Source of the DNA: Malacoraja senta
Lineage: Eukaryota
Assembly: GCA_038087875.1 (NCBI GenBank)
Contig: JAXLNO010000093.1
Coordinates: forward strand, 1-34,040
Length of the DNA: 34,040 nucleotides
Direction of reading: 5' to 3'
Below the pieces are notes generated by a model, which was not told the DNA's origin, did no database searches, and saw nothing but the letters and a program-made list of their open reading frames with translations. The translations under genes and the position numbers were made by a program. Positions 22,056-32,886 of this stretch are shown here, one piece after another; the stretch's first letter is position 1, and every line of letters begins with the position of its first letter.

Positions 22056-22342
22056 CTGCAAGAAGAGGGGACACAGATTAAACCCGTAGGTTGCACAGAG
22101 CGTCGGGGTCATCCACACAGAGCGTCGGGGTCACCCACAGAGCGCAGGGGTCACCCACACAGAGTGCTGGAGTTACCCAGCAATCCTACACAGTTTCCCA
22201 GCTCTGCGGAGGGGGAGGGAGGGGGGGGGAGAGGGCGGGAGAGAGAGAGGGGGGGAGTGAGGGGGGGAGAAGAGAGGGGGGGGGGGCATTTCACAGTACT
22301 TGGTGCAAGTGACAATTCTTTCATTAAGTTCACTTTCGTTTC

Positions 22343-22403
22343 ATCCATCCATCCATTCATCCATCCATCCATCCATCCATCCATCCATCCATCCATCCAT
22401 CCA
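22343..22403. repeat. (CCAT)n microsatellite
   Basis: Direct reading. Confidence 0.95.
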
Positions 22404-22807
22404 GAACAAGGACAGGTGACGTTTTGGTTACGAACTATTCTTCAGACTGGAGACCTGTTGTTGCGGCCACCATATCACTCCAGTCTGAATAAGGGTTCTA
22501 ACCCCTAGACGTTAAGAGATACAGCGCACAAACAGGCCCTTCGGCCCACCGCTTCCATGCCAACCGGCGATCCCCGTACACTAGCACTATGTGAACATGG
22601 CTGATCATCCCCAATCAGTACCCTGTTCCTGCCTTCTCCCCATATCCCCTGACTCCGCTATCTTTAAGAGCCCTATCCAGCTCTCTCTTGAAAGTATCCA
22701 GAGAACTGGCCTCCACCGCCCTCTGAGGCAGAGAATTCCACAGACTCACCACTCTGTGAGAAAAAGTGTTTCCTTGTCTCCGTTCTAAATGGCTTACTCC
22801 TTATTTT

Positions 22808-23405
22808 TGGAGGGATATGGACCAAGCGCAGGCAGGTGGGACCAGTGTAGATGGGGCATGTTGGCCGGTGTGGGCAAGTTGGGCCGAAGGAAGGGCCTGT
22901 TTCCACACTGTATCACCCTGTGACTAGTGTAGATGGGGCATGTTGGCCGGTGTGGGCAAGATGGGCCGAAGGAAGGGCCTGTTTCCACACTGTATCACTC
23001 TGTGACTAGTGTAGATGGGGCATGTTGGCCGGTGTGGGCAAGTTGGGCTGAAGGGCCTGTTTCCACACTGTATCACTCTGTGACTAGTGTAGATGGGGCA
23101 TGTTGGCCGGTGTGGGCAAGTTGGGCTGAAGGGCCTGTTTCCACACTGTATCACTCTGTGACTAGTGTAGATGGGGCATGTTGGTCGGTGTGGGCAAGTT
23201 GGGCCGAAGGAAGGGCCTGTTTCCACACTGTATCACTCGGTGACTAGTGTAGATGGGACATGTTGGCCGGTGTGGGCAAGTTGGGCCGAAGGAAGGGCCT
23301 GTTTCCACACTGGATCACCCTGTGACTAGTGTAGCTGGGGCATGTTGGTCGGTGTGGGCAAGTTGGGCCAAAGGAAGGGCCTGTTTCCACATTCTTTGAC
23401 TCTGT
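22808..23405 (+). repeat. LINE 3' end expanded into a 78/82-bp tandem array (about 7 copies)
   Basis: Unit actagtgtagatggggcatgttggccggtgtgggcaagttgggccgaa(ggaa)gggcctgtttccacactgtatcactctgtg, preceded by tttggagggatatggaccaagcgcaggcaggtgggac. Confidence 0.9.
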
Positions 23406-23477
23406 GACCCCATCCATCCACCCACCCACATCCCACCCCAAACCCTTCCCATACTTTTCCCCAACGACGTTCCTTAC

Positions 23478-23504
23478 CCAAGTCTTCCAAGTATTTCTGC
23501 TTCT
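23478..23504 (-). CDS. Butyrophilin-like 27-nt micro-exon 4: (E)KQKYLEDL
   Basis: ctctatttcag|AGAAGCAGAAATACTTGGAAGACTTGG|gtaagg. Confidence 0.85.
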
Positions 23505-23569
23505 CTGAAATAGAGACAAGACAAGATCAGCCAGAATCACGGGCAACGCTAGTCCGACGTGTGTTTGTA

Positions 23570-24968
23570 AGTTCATAAGTGATAGGACCAGAATCAGGCC
23601 ATTCGGCCCATCTAGTCTACTCCGCCATTCAATCATGGCTGATCTATCTCTCCCTCCTAACCCCATTCTCCTGCCTTCTCCCCGTAACCCCTGACACCCG
23701 TACTAATCAACAATCTATCTATCTCTGCCTTAAGGGCCTGTCCCACTTAGGGGACTCTTTAGGCGAGTGCAGGAGACTCTGCGATCACCACATGTTCGCT
23801 GGTGGTCTCTGGTGAGCCTCCTTCATGGTGGCGAGGAGTTCCCGCATTCTGGGAACGAGTCGCGGCCTCAGTATGGTCACCGCTAATTTTTCAACATGTT
23901 GATAAATGTTCTGCAACCAAACATTGGTCGCCATGGAGACAATCGATCATCCTGTAGTGGTAGGGTGCAGTTGTAGTGGGGTCACCATGTAGTTGTGGGT
24001 AGTCGAGGTAGTCGTAGGTAGCTTTAGTTCATCGCCTTTTCGGTGGCTCATTGGGGGGACAAAAACGTAAGCACGAGTTTCAGAACCAAGGATAACCGAC
24101 TGGTAATGTTAAATGTCTGCCGAACATCACAGCTGTGTATCTCTGGTTTACTAAAAGTTGTCTGGCTTCTTAAACGTGTCTCCACTCCTTCTCCCCCCTC
24201 CCCCCTCTTTTAAAGGACTTACCGTACACTGTGCTAGCCGTCTTAACCTTCCTGTTCATCGCGGTGTGTGTCTGTATCACCGTGGCTTTGCAACATGTGA
24301 ATTTCAGACAGCGCTCCCCATCTTTGCTGTGTGTGTGTGTGTGTGTGTGTGCGTGTGTCTGTCTGTGTGTGTGTGTGTGTGTGCGTGTGTGTGTGTGTGT
24401 GTGCCCGTGTGTGTGTGCCCGTGTGTGTGTGTGTGCATGCGTGCGGTGTGTGTGTGTGCGCCTGTGTGTGCGTGCATGTGTGCGTGCATGTGTGTGTGAG
24501 TGTGTGCGTGCTCCTCTCTGACAGTCGCTATTCCAGTTCCCAGTTTTTCAGGCGAGTGCCACTAACTGGACAGTTGCCGGCAGTCGGCTGAAAAATCTCC
24601 CAAGTGGGACAGGCCCTTTAAAAATACCCATTGACTTGGCCTCCACCGCCGTCTGTGGCAATGAATTCCACAGATTCACCATCCTCTGGCTAAAGAAATT
24701 CCTCCTCCTCTCCTTCCTAAAGAGGCGTCCTTTAATTCTGAGGCTGTGCCCTCTGATCCTAGACTCTCCCACTAGTGGAAACATCCTCTCCACATCCACT
24801 CTATCCGGGCCTTTCACTATTCTGTACGTTTCAATGAGGTTCCCCCTCATCCTTCTAAACTCCAGCGAGTACAGGCCCAGTGCTGACAAACGCTCATCAT
24901 ATGTTAACTCACTCATTCCTGGGGTCATTCTCGTGAACCTCGTCTGGACCCTCTCCAGAGCCGGCACT
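23570..24968 (-). mobile_element. CR1 3' fragment split by a Harbinger-type element
   Basis: CR1 sequence atctctgcctta|aaaatacccattgacttggcc is contiguous once 23733-24620 is removed. Confidence 0.85.
23733..24617. mobile_element. PIF/Harbinger-type non-autonomous element (885 bp) containing a (TG)n tract
   Basis: 16-bp TIR agggcctgtcccactt / aagtgggacaggccct; 3-bp TSD TTA at 23730-23732 and 24618-24620. Confidence 0.9.
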
Positions 24969-25026
24969 TTTCTCCTCTGATTTAACAAGTGGGTGAGCCA
25001 CAGATTCCCCCTCCCCTCACACTTAC

Positions 25027-25053
25027 CGAGTTCTGCTTCGTTCTCTCGTTTAG
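25027..25053 (-). CDS. Butyrophilin-like 27-nt micro-exon 3: (A)KRENEAEL
   Basis: ttttccctcacag|CTAAACGAGAGAACGAAGCAGAACTCG|gtaagt. Confidence 0.85.
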
Positions 25054-25187
25054 CTGTGAGGGAAAACAGAATATAGATTAACATCACGGAGACATAGAGA
25101 CATCGTCTGAAGAAGGGTCTCGATCCCAAACCCAGCCAATTCCATCTGGCCATAGATGCTGCCGCACCCGCTGAGTTTCAAGAGACA

Positions 25188-25803
25188 AAAGGTGCAGGAG
25201 TAGGCCATTCGGCCCTTTGAGGTGGCACCGCCATTCAATGTGATCATGGCTGATCATCCCCAATCAGTACCCCGTTCCTGCCTTCTCCCCATATCCCCTG
25301 ATATATGGGGGCAAAGAAGTCCTTCTGCAGTTGTACAGAGCCCTAGTGAGACCACACCTGGAGTATTTTTGTGCAGTTTTGGTCCCCTAATTTGAGGAAG
25401 GACTATCTTTAAGAGCCCAATCTAGCTCTCTCTTGAAAGCATCCAGAGAACCTGCCTCCACCGCCCTCTGAGGCAGAGAATTCCAGACTCGCAACTCTCT
25501 GTGAGAAAAAGTGTTTCCTCGCCTCCGTTCTAAATGGCTTACCCCTTATTCTTAAACTGTGTGGCCCCTGGTTCTGGACTCCCCCAACATCGGGAACATG
25601 TTTCCTGCCTCTAGTGTGTCCAAGCCCTTAATAATCTTATATGTTTCAATGAGATCTCCTCTCATCCTTCTAAACTCCAGAGTGTACAAGCCCAGGTGCT
25701 CCATTCTCTCAGCATATGACAGTCCCGCCATTCCAGGAATTAAGGCCATTCCGCCCTTTGAGGCAGCACCGCCATTCACTGTGATCATGGCTGATCATCC
25801 CCA
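25188..25803. mobile_element. CR1 3' fragment mosaic with an internal inverted piece
   Basis: Mostly minus-strand CR1 3' region with a plus-strand ~100-bp insert at about 25303-25402. Confidence 0.85.
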
Positions 25804-25821
25804 AGACTGGCCCCCGGGGCC

Positions 25822-26202
25822 GATGCAGTCGCTGCCTCAAAAAGGCTGGCAGTATCATCAAGGACCCACACCATCCCGGCCACACACTCATCTCTCTGCT
25901 ACCTTCAGGTAGAAGGTACAGGAGCCTGAAATCTGCAACATCCAGGTTCAGGAACAGCCCCTTCCCCACAGCCATCAGGCTATTAAACACAACTTCAAAC
26001 AAACTCTGATCATTAATAGCCCATTGCACTTTATCTGGTTATTGATGTGTGTATATATATATATATATTCTATGGTATATGGACACACTGATCTGTTCTG
26101 TATTTATTCATGCCTACTATATTGTGTTGTGCTGAAGCAAAGCAAGAATTTCATTGTCCTATCTGGGACACATGACAATAAACTCTCTTGAATCTTGAAT
26201 CT
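25822..26202 (+). mobile_element. Rex1/Babar-type LINE 3' end
   Basis: RCLKKAGSIIKDPHHPGHTLISLLPSGRRYRSLKSATSRFRNSPFPTAIRLLN, then a 3' UTR with aataaa and a (cttgaat)n tail. Confidence 0.82.
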
Positions 26203-26528
26203 AAGCCTAAAGCAACTCTGTGCCTGCACCAAAGATGGCCGCCCCCTGCCGCAGTTCACTGACCTCCCTGCCAGCAACCAAGATGGCCGACCTTCCCTCC
26301 AGCACTCTGCCGCTGGTGCCTGTAACAAACATGGCCACCTTGAATGTTGGGCTCCCCCGGTGGCCTGGATGAGCTCGCGGATCTCCTCGGCTGGAATGAG
26401 TGGAGTGGTGTCGGGAGGGAGCGAGAACATCCATTGACTCATTGCCCGACGAGTCCCCTTCCACCCGCTCTCTGCAGATGGAGTCACCACCCCCATCCCC
26501 CCATGTTGGCTGGTTCAAAGTCACTTAC

Positions 26529-26555
26529 CGAGAGTATCGCGCAGAGATTCGTACT
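26529..26555 (-). CDS. Butyrophilin-like 27-nt micro-exon 2: (E)YESLRDTL
   Basis: ttctctctccag|AGTACGAATCTCTGCGCGATACTCTCG|gtaagt. Confidence 0.85.
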
Positions 26556-26658
26556 CTGGAGAGAGAAGCACAAGGCGGGATTAATGACCACTCTCACTGC
26601 CGGCTAAGTCCTTTCACCCAAACGTCCCCTACCACGGCATGGGAGATGTTTCTTGCTC

Positions 26659-27382
26659 AGGGGAAGTACAACGGGATCTGGGGGTCCTTGTACATCAGTC
26701 TATGAAAGTAAGCATGCGGGTACAGCAGGCAGTGAAGAAAGCCAATGGCATGTTGGCCTTTGTAACAAGAGGAATCGAATATAGGGGCAAAGAGGTCCTT
26801 CTGCAGTTGTACAGAGCCCTAGTGAGACCACACCTGGAGTATTGTGTGCAGTTTTGGTCCCCTAATTTGAGGAAGGACAGTCTTGCTATTGAGGGAGTGC
26901 AGCGTAGGTTCACCAGGTTAATTCCCGGGATGGCGGGACTGTCATATGCTGAGAGAATGGAGCGGCTGGGCTTGTACACTCTGGAATTTAGAAGGATGAG
27001 AGGATATCTTATTGAAACATATAAGATTGTTAAGGGTTTGGACACGCTGGAGGCAGGAAACATGTTCCCGACGTTGGGGGAGTCCAGAACCAGGGGCCAC
27101 ACACAGTTTAAGAATAAGGGGTCGGCCATTTAGAATGGAGATGAGGAAACACTTTTTCTCACAGAGAGTTGCAAGTCTGTGGAATTCTCTGCCTCAGAGG
27201 GCGGTGGAGGCCGGTTCTCTGGATACTTTCAAGAGAGAGCTAAATAGGGGTCTTAAAAAGGGGATATGGGGAGAAGGCAGGAACGGGGTACTGATTGTGG
27301 ATGATCAGCCATGATCACATTGAATGGCGGTGCTGGCTCGAAGGGCTGAAGGCCTACTCCTGCACCTATTGTTTATTGTCTA
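26659..27382 (+). mobile_element. CR1 3' fragment
   Basis: ORF GEVQRDLGVLVHQS...SRTRGH plus 3' UTR. Confidence 0.92.
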
Positions 27383-28313
27383 TTTATGGAACGGGGGTTC
27401 CCCTCTTCCATTATAGATGAGGCTCTCACTAGGGTCTCCTCTATATCCCGTAGCTCCGCTCTCACTCCCCATCCCCCCACTCGTAACAAGGGCAGAGTCC
27501 CCCTTGTCCTCACTTTCCACCCCACCAGCCGTCATATATAACAGATAATCCTCCGACATTGTCGCCACCTCCAACGGGATTCCCACCACTGGCCGCATCT
27601 TCCCATCTTCTCCCCTTCCTGACTTTCCGCAGAGACCGCTCCCTCCGTAACCCCCTGGTCATTCTTCCCTTCCCACCCAACCCACCCCCCCTCCCCGGGT
27701 ACATCCCCTCCAACCGCAGGAAATGCTCCACATTGTCGCTTTACCTCCCCCCTCGACTCCATCCAAGGACCCAAGCAGTCTTTCCAGGTGAGGCAGAGGT
27801 TCACCTGCACCTCCTCCAACCTCATCTAATGCACCGCTGTTCCAGGTGTCAGCTGCTCTACATCGGTGAGACCAAGCGCAGGCTGCGATCGCTTCGCCCA
27901 ACACCTCCGGCTCAGTCCGCCTCAACCACCCTGATCTCCCGGTGGCTCAGCACTTCAACTCCCCCTCCCATTCCCAATCCGACCCTCTGTCCTGGGTCTC
28001 CTCCATGGCAGAGTGAGGCCCATCGCATATTTCACTTGGGTAGTTTACACCCCAGCGGTATTAACATTGACTTCTCCCAATTTCAGATAGCCCCTGCTTT
28101 CTCCCTCTTTCCCCTCCCCCTTCCCATTCTCCCACAAGTCCAACTGTCTCCGCCTCTTCCTTTCTTTCCCCCCAACATTCAGTCTGAAGAAGGGTCTCAA
28201 CCAGAAACGTTGCCTATTCCTTCTCTCCATAGATGCTGCCTCACCCGCTGAGTTTCTCCAGCATTTTTTGTCTACCTTGGATTTTTCCAGCACCTGCAGT
28301 TCTTTCTGAAACA
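27383..28313 (+). mobile_element. Penelope-like retroelement remnant (GIY-YIG endonuclease region and 3' end)
   Basis: Broken translation FMERGFPSSIIDEALTRV...RVPLVLTFHP...FQVRQRFTCTSSNLI*C..RCSRCQLLYIGETKRRL; degenerate hammerhead-like motif at 28180-28214. Confidence 0.88.
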
Positions 28314-28468
28314 TTTTAGTTCAGATTAGTTTCGAGATACACCACTGAAACAGGCCCTCGGCCCACCCATGACCTGCAGACTAACACCATCCTACACATT
28401 AGGGACAATTTACAATTTTATCAAAGCCAATTAACTTACAAATCTGTACGTCTTTGGAGTGTGGGAGG

Positions 28469-28939
28469 AATTGGTTTGTCCCGTACGGGACTGCCATTGT
28501 CCCGTATTTGACTGCTGCCACTCGGGTCGAGGGACTATCGCGTCCGGACCCCGCCTCACCCGTCCCGACGTAGTGAAGCCCATGGAGTGCAGCAGCAGCA
28601 GTGTCTCGCCCGTGGCCCCGTCGGTCGGTCGGCAGCCCGGCCCAGCTGTCCGACCTTCGGACCTTCGCTGTCCACCAACACCACCACCCCCCCCCCCCTC
28701 CTCCTTCTCGTGGCCGATCATCGGTTCATGAGTTGGATGGGGCGCTGGACTGTGCGAGCGGCCCCAGGGCCAAAACTCCTCAGCTGGCCCCGCCGCGTGG
28801 CTTTGTGTGCAGTCCAGCACCTGGGGCCAACTCATCATTCACCCAGACACGGCCCAGTCGATCAACGGATTGCCGGGGAGTTTGTCCCGTATTTTGGACC
28901 TTTTGTCCCTTATTTAGGAGCGGGAACGTTGGCGACCCG
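28469..28939. mobile_element. Second, left-truncated copy of the 7551-8092 hAT-like MITE
   Basis: Colinear similarity from aattggtttgtcccgtacgggac to gttggcgaccc. Confidence 0.7.
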
Positions 28940-29033
28940 GGATAGGGGCCAACTCGGCCAAAGTGCCAAATTGGTCGGAGTGGGCAAATCTGGCAAATCT
29001 CTGTGTCTATGAAGTGTCTAAATGGTGACTTAC

Positions 29034-29059
29034 CGCTGATTGTTGGTCGATTGTCAGAT
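29034..29059 (-). CDS. Butyrophilin-like micro-exon 1, 26 nt as assembled (1 nt short of 27)
   Basis: ctctctttcag|ATCTGACAATCGACCAACAATCAGCG|gtaagt. Strong splice sites, but the length breaks the phase-1 pattern. Confidence 0.7.
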
Positions 29060-29204
29060 CTGAAAGAGAGGGAGAGAGGTTTGTGGTGGGAACTGGAGTC
29101 ATAATGCCCTCGCCAGCCAAACCCCTGTCTGGATGGTCCCTTCACAAGCAGTTGGTCGAGACGATAGCAAACTCATGCCAGCATGTATTCAAGAGGGCTT
29201 GTCT

Positions 29205-29900
29205 ACAATACAGGGATGTAACGCTGAGGCTCCATAAGGCACTGGTCAGGCCACATTTGGAATATTGTGAGCAGTTTTGGGCCCCGTATCTGAGGAAGGA
29301 TGTGCTGGCTCTGGAGAGGGTCCAGAGGAGGTTTACAAGAACGATCCCAGGAATGAGTGGGTTAACATACGATGAGCGTTTGTTGGCACTGGGCCTGTAC
29401 TCGCTGGAGTTTAGAACAATGAGGGGGGGACCTCATTGAAACGTTACTGAATAGTGAAAGGCCTGGATAGAGTGGATGGGGAGAGGATGGTTCCACTAGT
29501 GGGAGAGTCTAGGACTAGAGGTCACGGCCTCAGAATTTAAAGGACGTTCTTTTAGGAAGGAGATGAGGAGGAATTTCTTTAGCCAGAGGGTGGTGAATCT
29601 GTGGGATTCTTTGCCACAGACGGCTGTGGAGGCCACAAGTCAGTGGATATATTTACGGCAGAGACAGATAGATTGTTGATTAGTGTGGGTGTCAGGGGTT
29701 GTGGGGAGAAGGCAGGAGAATGGGGTTAGGAGGGAGAGATAGATCAGCCATGATTGAATGACGGAGTAGACTGAGTAGATGGAACAAGCTGCCAGAGGAG
29801 GTTGTTGAGGATGGGACTATCCCAACATTTAAGAAACAGTTGGACAGGTACATTGGATAGGACAGGTTTGGAGCGATATGGACCAAGCGCAGGCAAGTGT
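29205..29900 (+). mobile_element. CR1 3' fragments
   Basis: [32 protein letters not shown]... followed by a second LINE end starting at about 29776. Confidence 0.87.
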
Positions 29901-30280
29901 GACTAGTGTAGCTGGGACATTGTTGGCCGGTGTGGGCAAGTTGGGCTGAAGGGCCTGTTTCCACACTGTATCACTCTGTGACTAGTGTAGCTGGGACATT
30001 GTTGGCCGGTGTGGGGAAGTTGGGCTGAAGGAAGGGCCTGTTTCCACACTGTATCACTCTGTGACTAGTGTAGATGGGGCATGTTGACCGGTGTGGGCAA
30101 GTTGGGCCGAAGGAAGGGCCTGTTTCCACACTGTATCACTCTGTGACTAGTGTAGATGAGGCATGTTGGCCGGTGTGGGCAAGTTGGGCTGAAGGAAGGG
30201 CCTGTTCCCACACTGTATCACTCTGTGACTAGTGTAACTGGGGCATGTTGGCCGGTGTGGGCAAGTTGGGCTGAAGGGCT
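29901..30280 (+). repeat. Second 78/82-bp LINE-end tandem array (about 4.7 copies)
   Basis: Same unit as 22808-23405. Confidence 0.9.
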
Positions 30281-30326
30281 GTACAGTCCTTGGCCCTGGC
30301 CCTGAAATGGCCCCACACAGACATAC

Positions 30327-30455
30327 CTTTCATCCTCCCATCCTGTTCCCGTGCCCTCCTGAAGCCGTACAAAGCTGCCGCGATGCCCGCCAGAAGAACA
30401 AAGAATATGACCCAGAAGCCAACCATCCAACCTGAGGTACCTGGGAAGAAGGCAT
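30327..30455 (-). CDS. Butyrophilin-like transmembrane exon (129 nt)
   Basis: ctccacag|AT GCC TTC...ATG AAA G|gtatgt; (D)AFFPGTSGWMVGFWVIFFVLLAGIAAALYGFRRAREQDGRMK. Has the butyrophilin-like DxFFP..W stalk, a hydrophobic helix and a basic stop-transfer segment. Confidence 0.92.
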
Positions 30456-30493
30456 CTGTGGAGACAGAGACAAGATTGGTGCGTACAATACAA

Positions 30494-31712
30494 TATGAAA
30501 GTAAGCATGCAGGTACAGCAGGCAGTGAAGAAAGCCAATGGCATGTTGGCCTTTATAACAAGAGGAGTTGAGTATAGGAGCAAAGAGGTCCTTCTGCAGT
30601 GTCCAGGGCCCTAGTGAGACCACACATGGAGTATTGTGTGCAGTTTTGGTCCCCTAATTTGAGGAAGGACCATTCTTGCTATTGAGGGTGTGCAGCGTAG
30701 GTTTACAAGGTTAATTCCCGGGATGGCGGGACTGTCATATGTTGATAGAATGGAGCGGCTGGGCTTGTACACTCTGGAGTTTAGAAGGATGAGAGGGAAT
30801 CTTACTGAAACAATAAGAGTTTGGACACGTTAGAATGGAGATGAGGAAACACTTTTTCACACGGAGAGTTGTGAGTCTGTGGAATTCTCTGCCTCAGAGG
30901 GCAGTGGAGGCCGGTTCTCTGGATACTTTCAAGAGAGAGTTAGATAGGGCTCTTAAAGAAAGCGGAGTCAGGAGATATGAGGAGAAGGCAGGAACGGGGT
31001 ACTGATTGGGGATGATCAGCCATGTCACTTTGATTGGCGGTGCTGGCTCGAAGGGCCGAATGGCCTACTCCTGCACCTATTGTTATTGTCTATCTATGCG
31101 GGTAAACACACCTGAGCCTATAGAAACATAGGAAATAGGTGCAGGAGTAGGCCAATTCAATATGATCATGGCTGATCATCCAACTAACTCAGTATCCTGT
31201 ACCTGCTTCTCTCCATACCCCCTGATCCCTTTAGCCACAAGGGCCACATCTAACTCCCTCGTAAATATAGCCAATGAACTGGCCTCAACTACTTTCTGTG
31301 GCAGAGAATTCCACAGATTCACCACTCTCTGTGTGAAAAAAAAATTCTCATCTCGGTCCTAAAAGACCTCCCCCTTATCCTTAAACTGTGATCCCTTGTT
31401 CTGGACTTCCCCAACATCGGGAACAAACTTCCTGCATCTAGCCTGTCCAACCCCTTAAGAATTTTGTAAGTTTCTATTAAGATCCCCCTCAATCTTCTAA
31501 ATTCTAGCGAGTACAAGCCGAGTCTATCCAGTCTTTCTTCATATGAAAGTCCTGCCATCCCAGGAATCAGTCTGGTGAACCTTCTCTGTACTCCCTCTAT
31601 GGCAAGAATGTCTTTCCTCAGATAGGAGACCAAACTGTACGCAATACTCCAGGTGTGGTCTCACCAAGGCCCTGTACAACTGCAGTAGAACCTCCCTGCT
31701 CCTATACTCAAA
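30494..31712. mobile_element. Two CR1 3' fragments tail-to-tail (30494-31096 plus, 31121-31712 minus)
   Basis: Similarity to other CR1 copies, with many small indels. Confidence 0.88.
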
Positions 31713-31862
31713 TCACCTGAGCCTATGTGTGGGCACACACACACACCTGAGCCTATGTGGGTACACACAAACACCTGAGCCTATGTGGGCACACACCTGA
31801 GCTATGTGGGTACACACACCTGAGCCTATGTGGGCACACACACACCTGAGCCTATGTGGGTA
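31713..31862. repeat. ~23-30-bp minisatellite (cacctgagcctatgtgggtacaca)
   Basis: About six units; resembles the IgC exon donor region at 32868-32890. Confidence 0.85.
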
Positions 31863-32307
31863 TATATGCTGCATGACCCACTGAGTTACTTCAGTATTTT
31901 GTGTCTCTATGTAAACGTAGTCCTCTGTTAAAACCCATAAACAACATAACATTTGAATAAAGCAAAGAGACAAATAAATAGACAATAATAGTGTAAAACT
32001 AATGTCCCCAAGTCTGTAGTTGTAGTGTTTACTAGTCTGATGGTTGGAGGGAAGAAGCGGCTTCATATCAATCAATGTAAGGAAGACACAACTAATGATA
32101 ATAGTTTTTAAACTAATTAAATAAAAGTGATGATCAATCCCATCCAAATTCCATGCATTTGAGGGATGTGTCAGGTTTAATATGTTTAGATGAGAGATAC
32201 AGCAGGGAAACAGGCCCTTCAGCCCACCGAGTCCATGCCCACCAGTGCTCCCTGTACACTAACACTATCCGACACACTAGGGACAATGTTATCATTTTTA
32301 CCAAATG

Positions 32308-32872
32308 CAAGAGCTAGATAGGGCTCTTAAAATAGCAGAGTCAGGGGATATGGGGAGAAGGCAGGAACGGGGTACTGATTGGGGATGATCAGCCATGTCA
32401 CATTGAATGGCGGTGCTGGCTGGAAGGGCCAAATGGCCTACCCCTGCACCTATTGTCTATGTAGTTTAGAAGGATGAGAGGGTATCTCATTGAAACATAC
32501 AAAGATTATTAAGGGTATTAAGGGTTTGGACACGCTAGAGGCAGGAAACATGTTCCAGATGTTGGGGGAGTCCAGAACCAGGGGCCACAGTTTAAGAATA
32601 AGGGGTAAACCATTTAGAACGGAGAAGAGGAAACACTTTTTCTCACAGAGAGTTGTGAGTCTGTGGAATTCTCTGCCTCAGAGGGCGGTGGAGGCAGGTT
32701 TTCTGGATACTTTCAAGAGAGAGATAGATAGGGCTCTTAAAGATAGTGGAGTCAGGGGATATGGGGAGAAGGCAGGAACGGGGTACTGATTGGGGATGAT
32801 CAGCCATGATCACATTGAATGGTGGTGCTGGCTGGAAGGGCCGAATGGCCTACTCCTGCACCTATTGTCTAT
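32308..32872 (+). mobile_element. Two tandem CR1 3' fragments
   Basis: ORF 32490-32789 and duplicated 3' UTR. Confidence 0.88.
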
Positions 32873-32886
32873 GTGGGTAAACACAC

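Noticed and set aside
18579..30280. CRISPR-like regular arrays (66 bp and 78/82 bp)
   Set aside because: Contiguous tandem units with no unique spacers, derived from retroelement ends in eukaryotic DNA.
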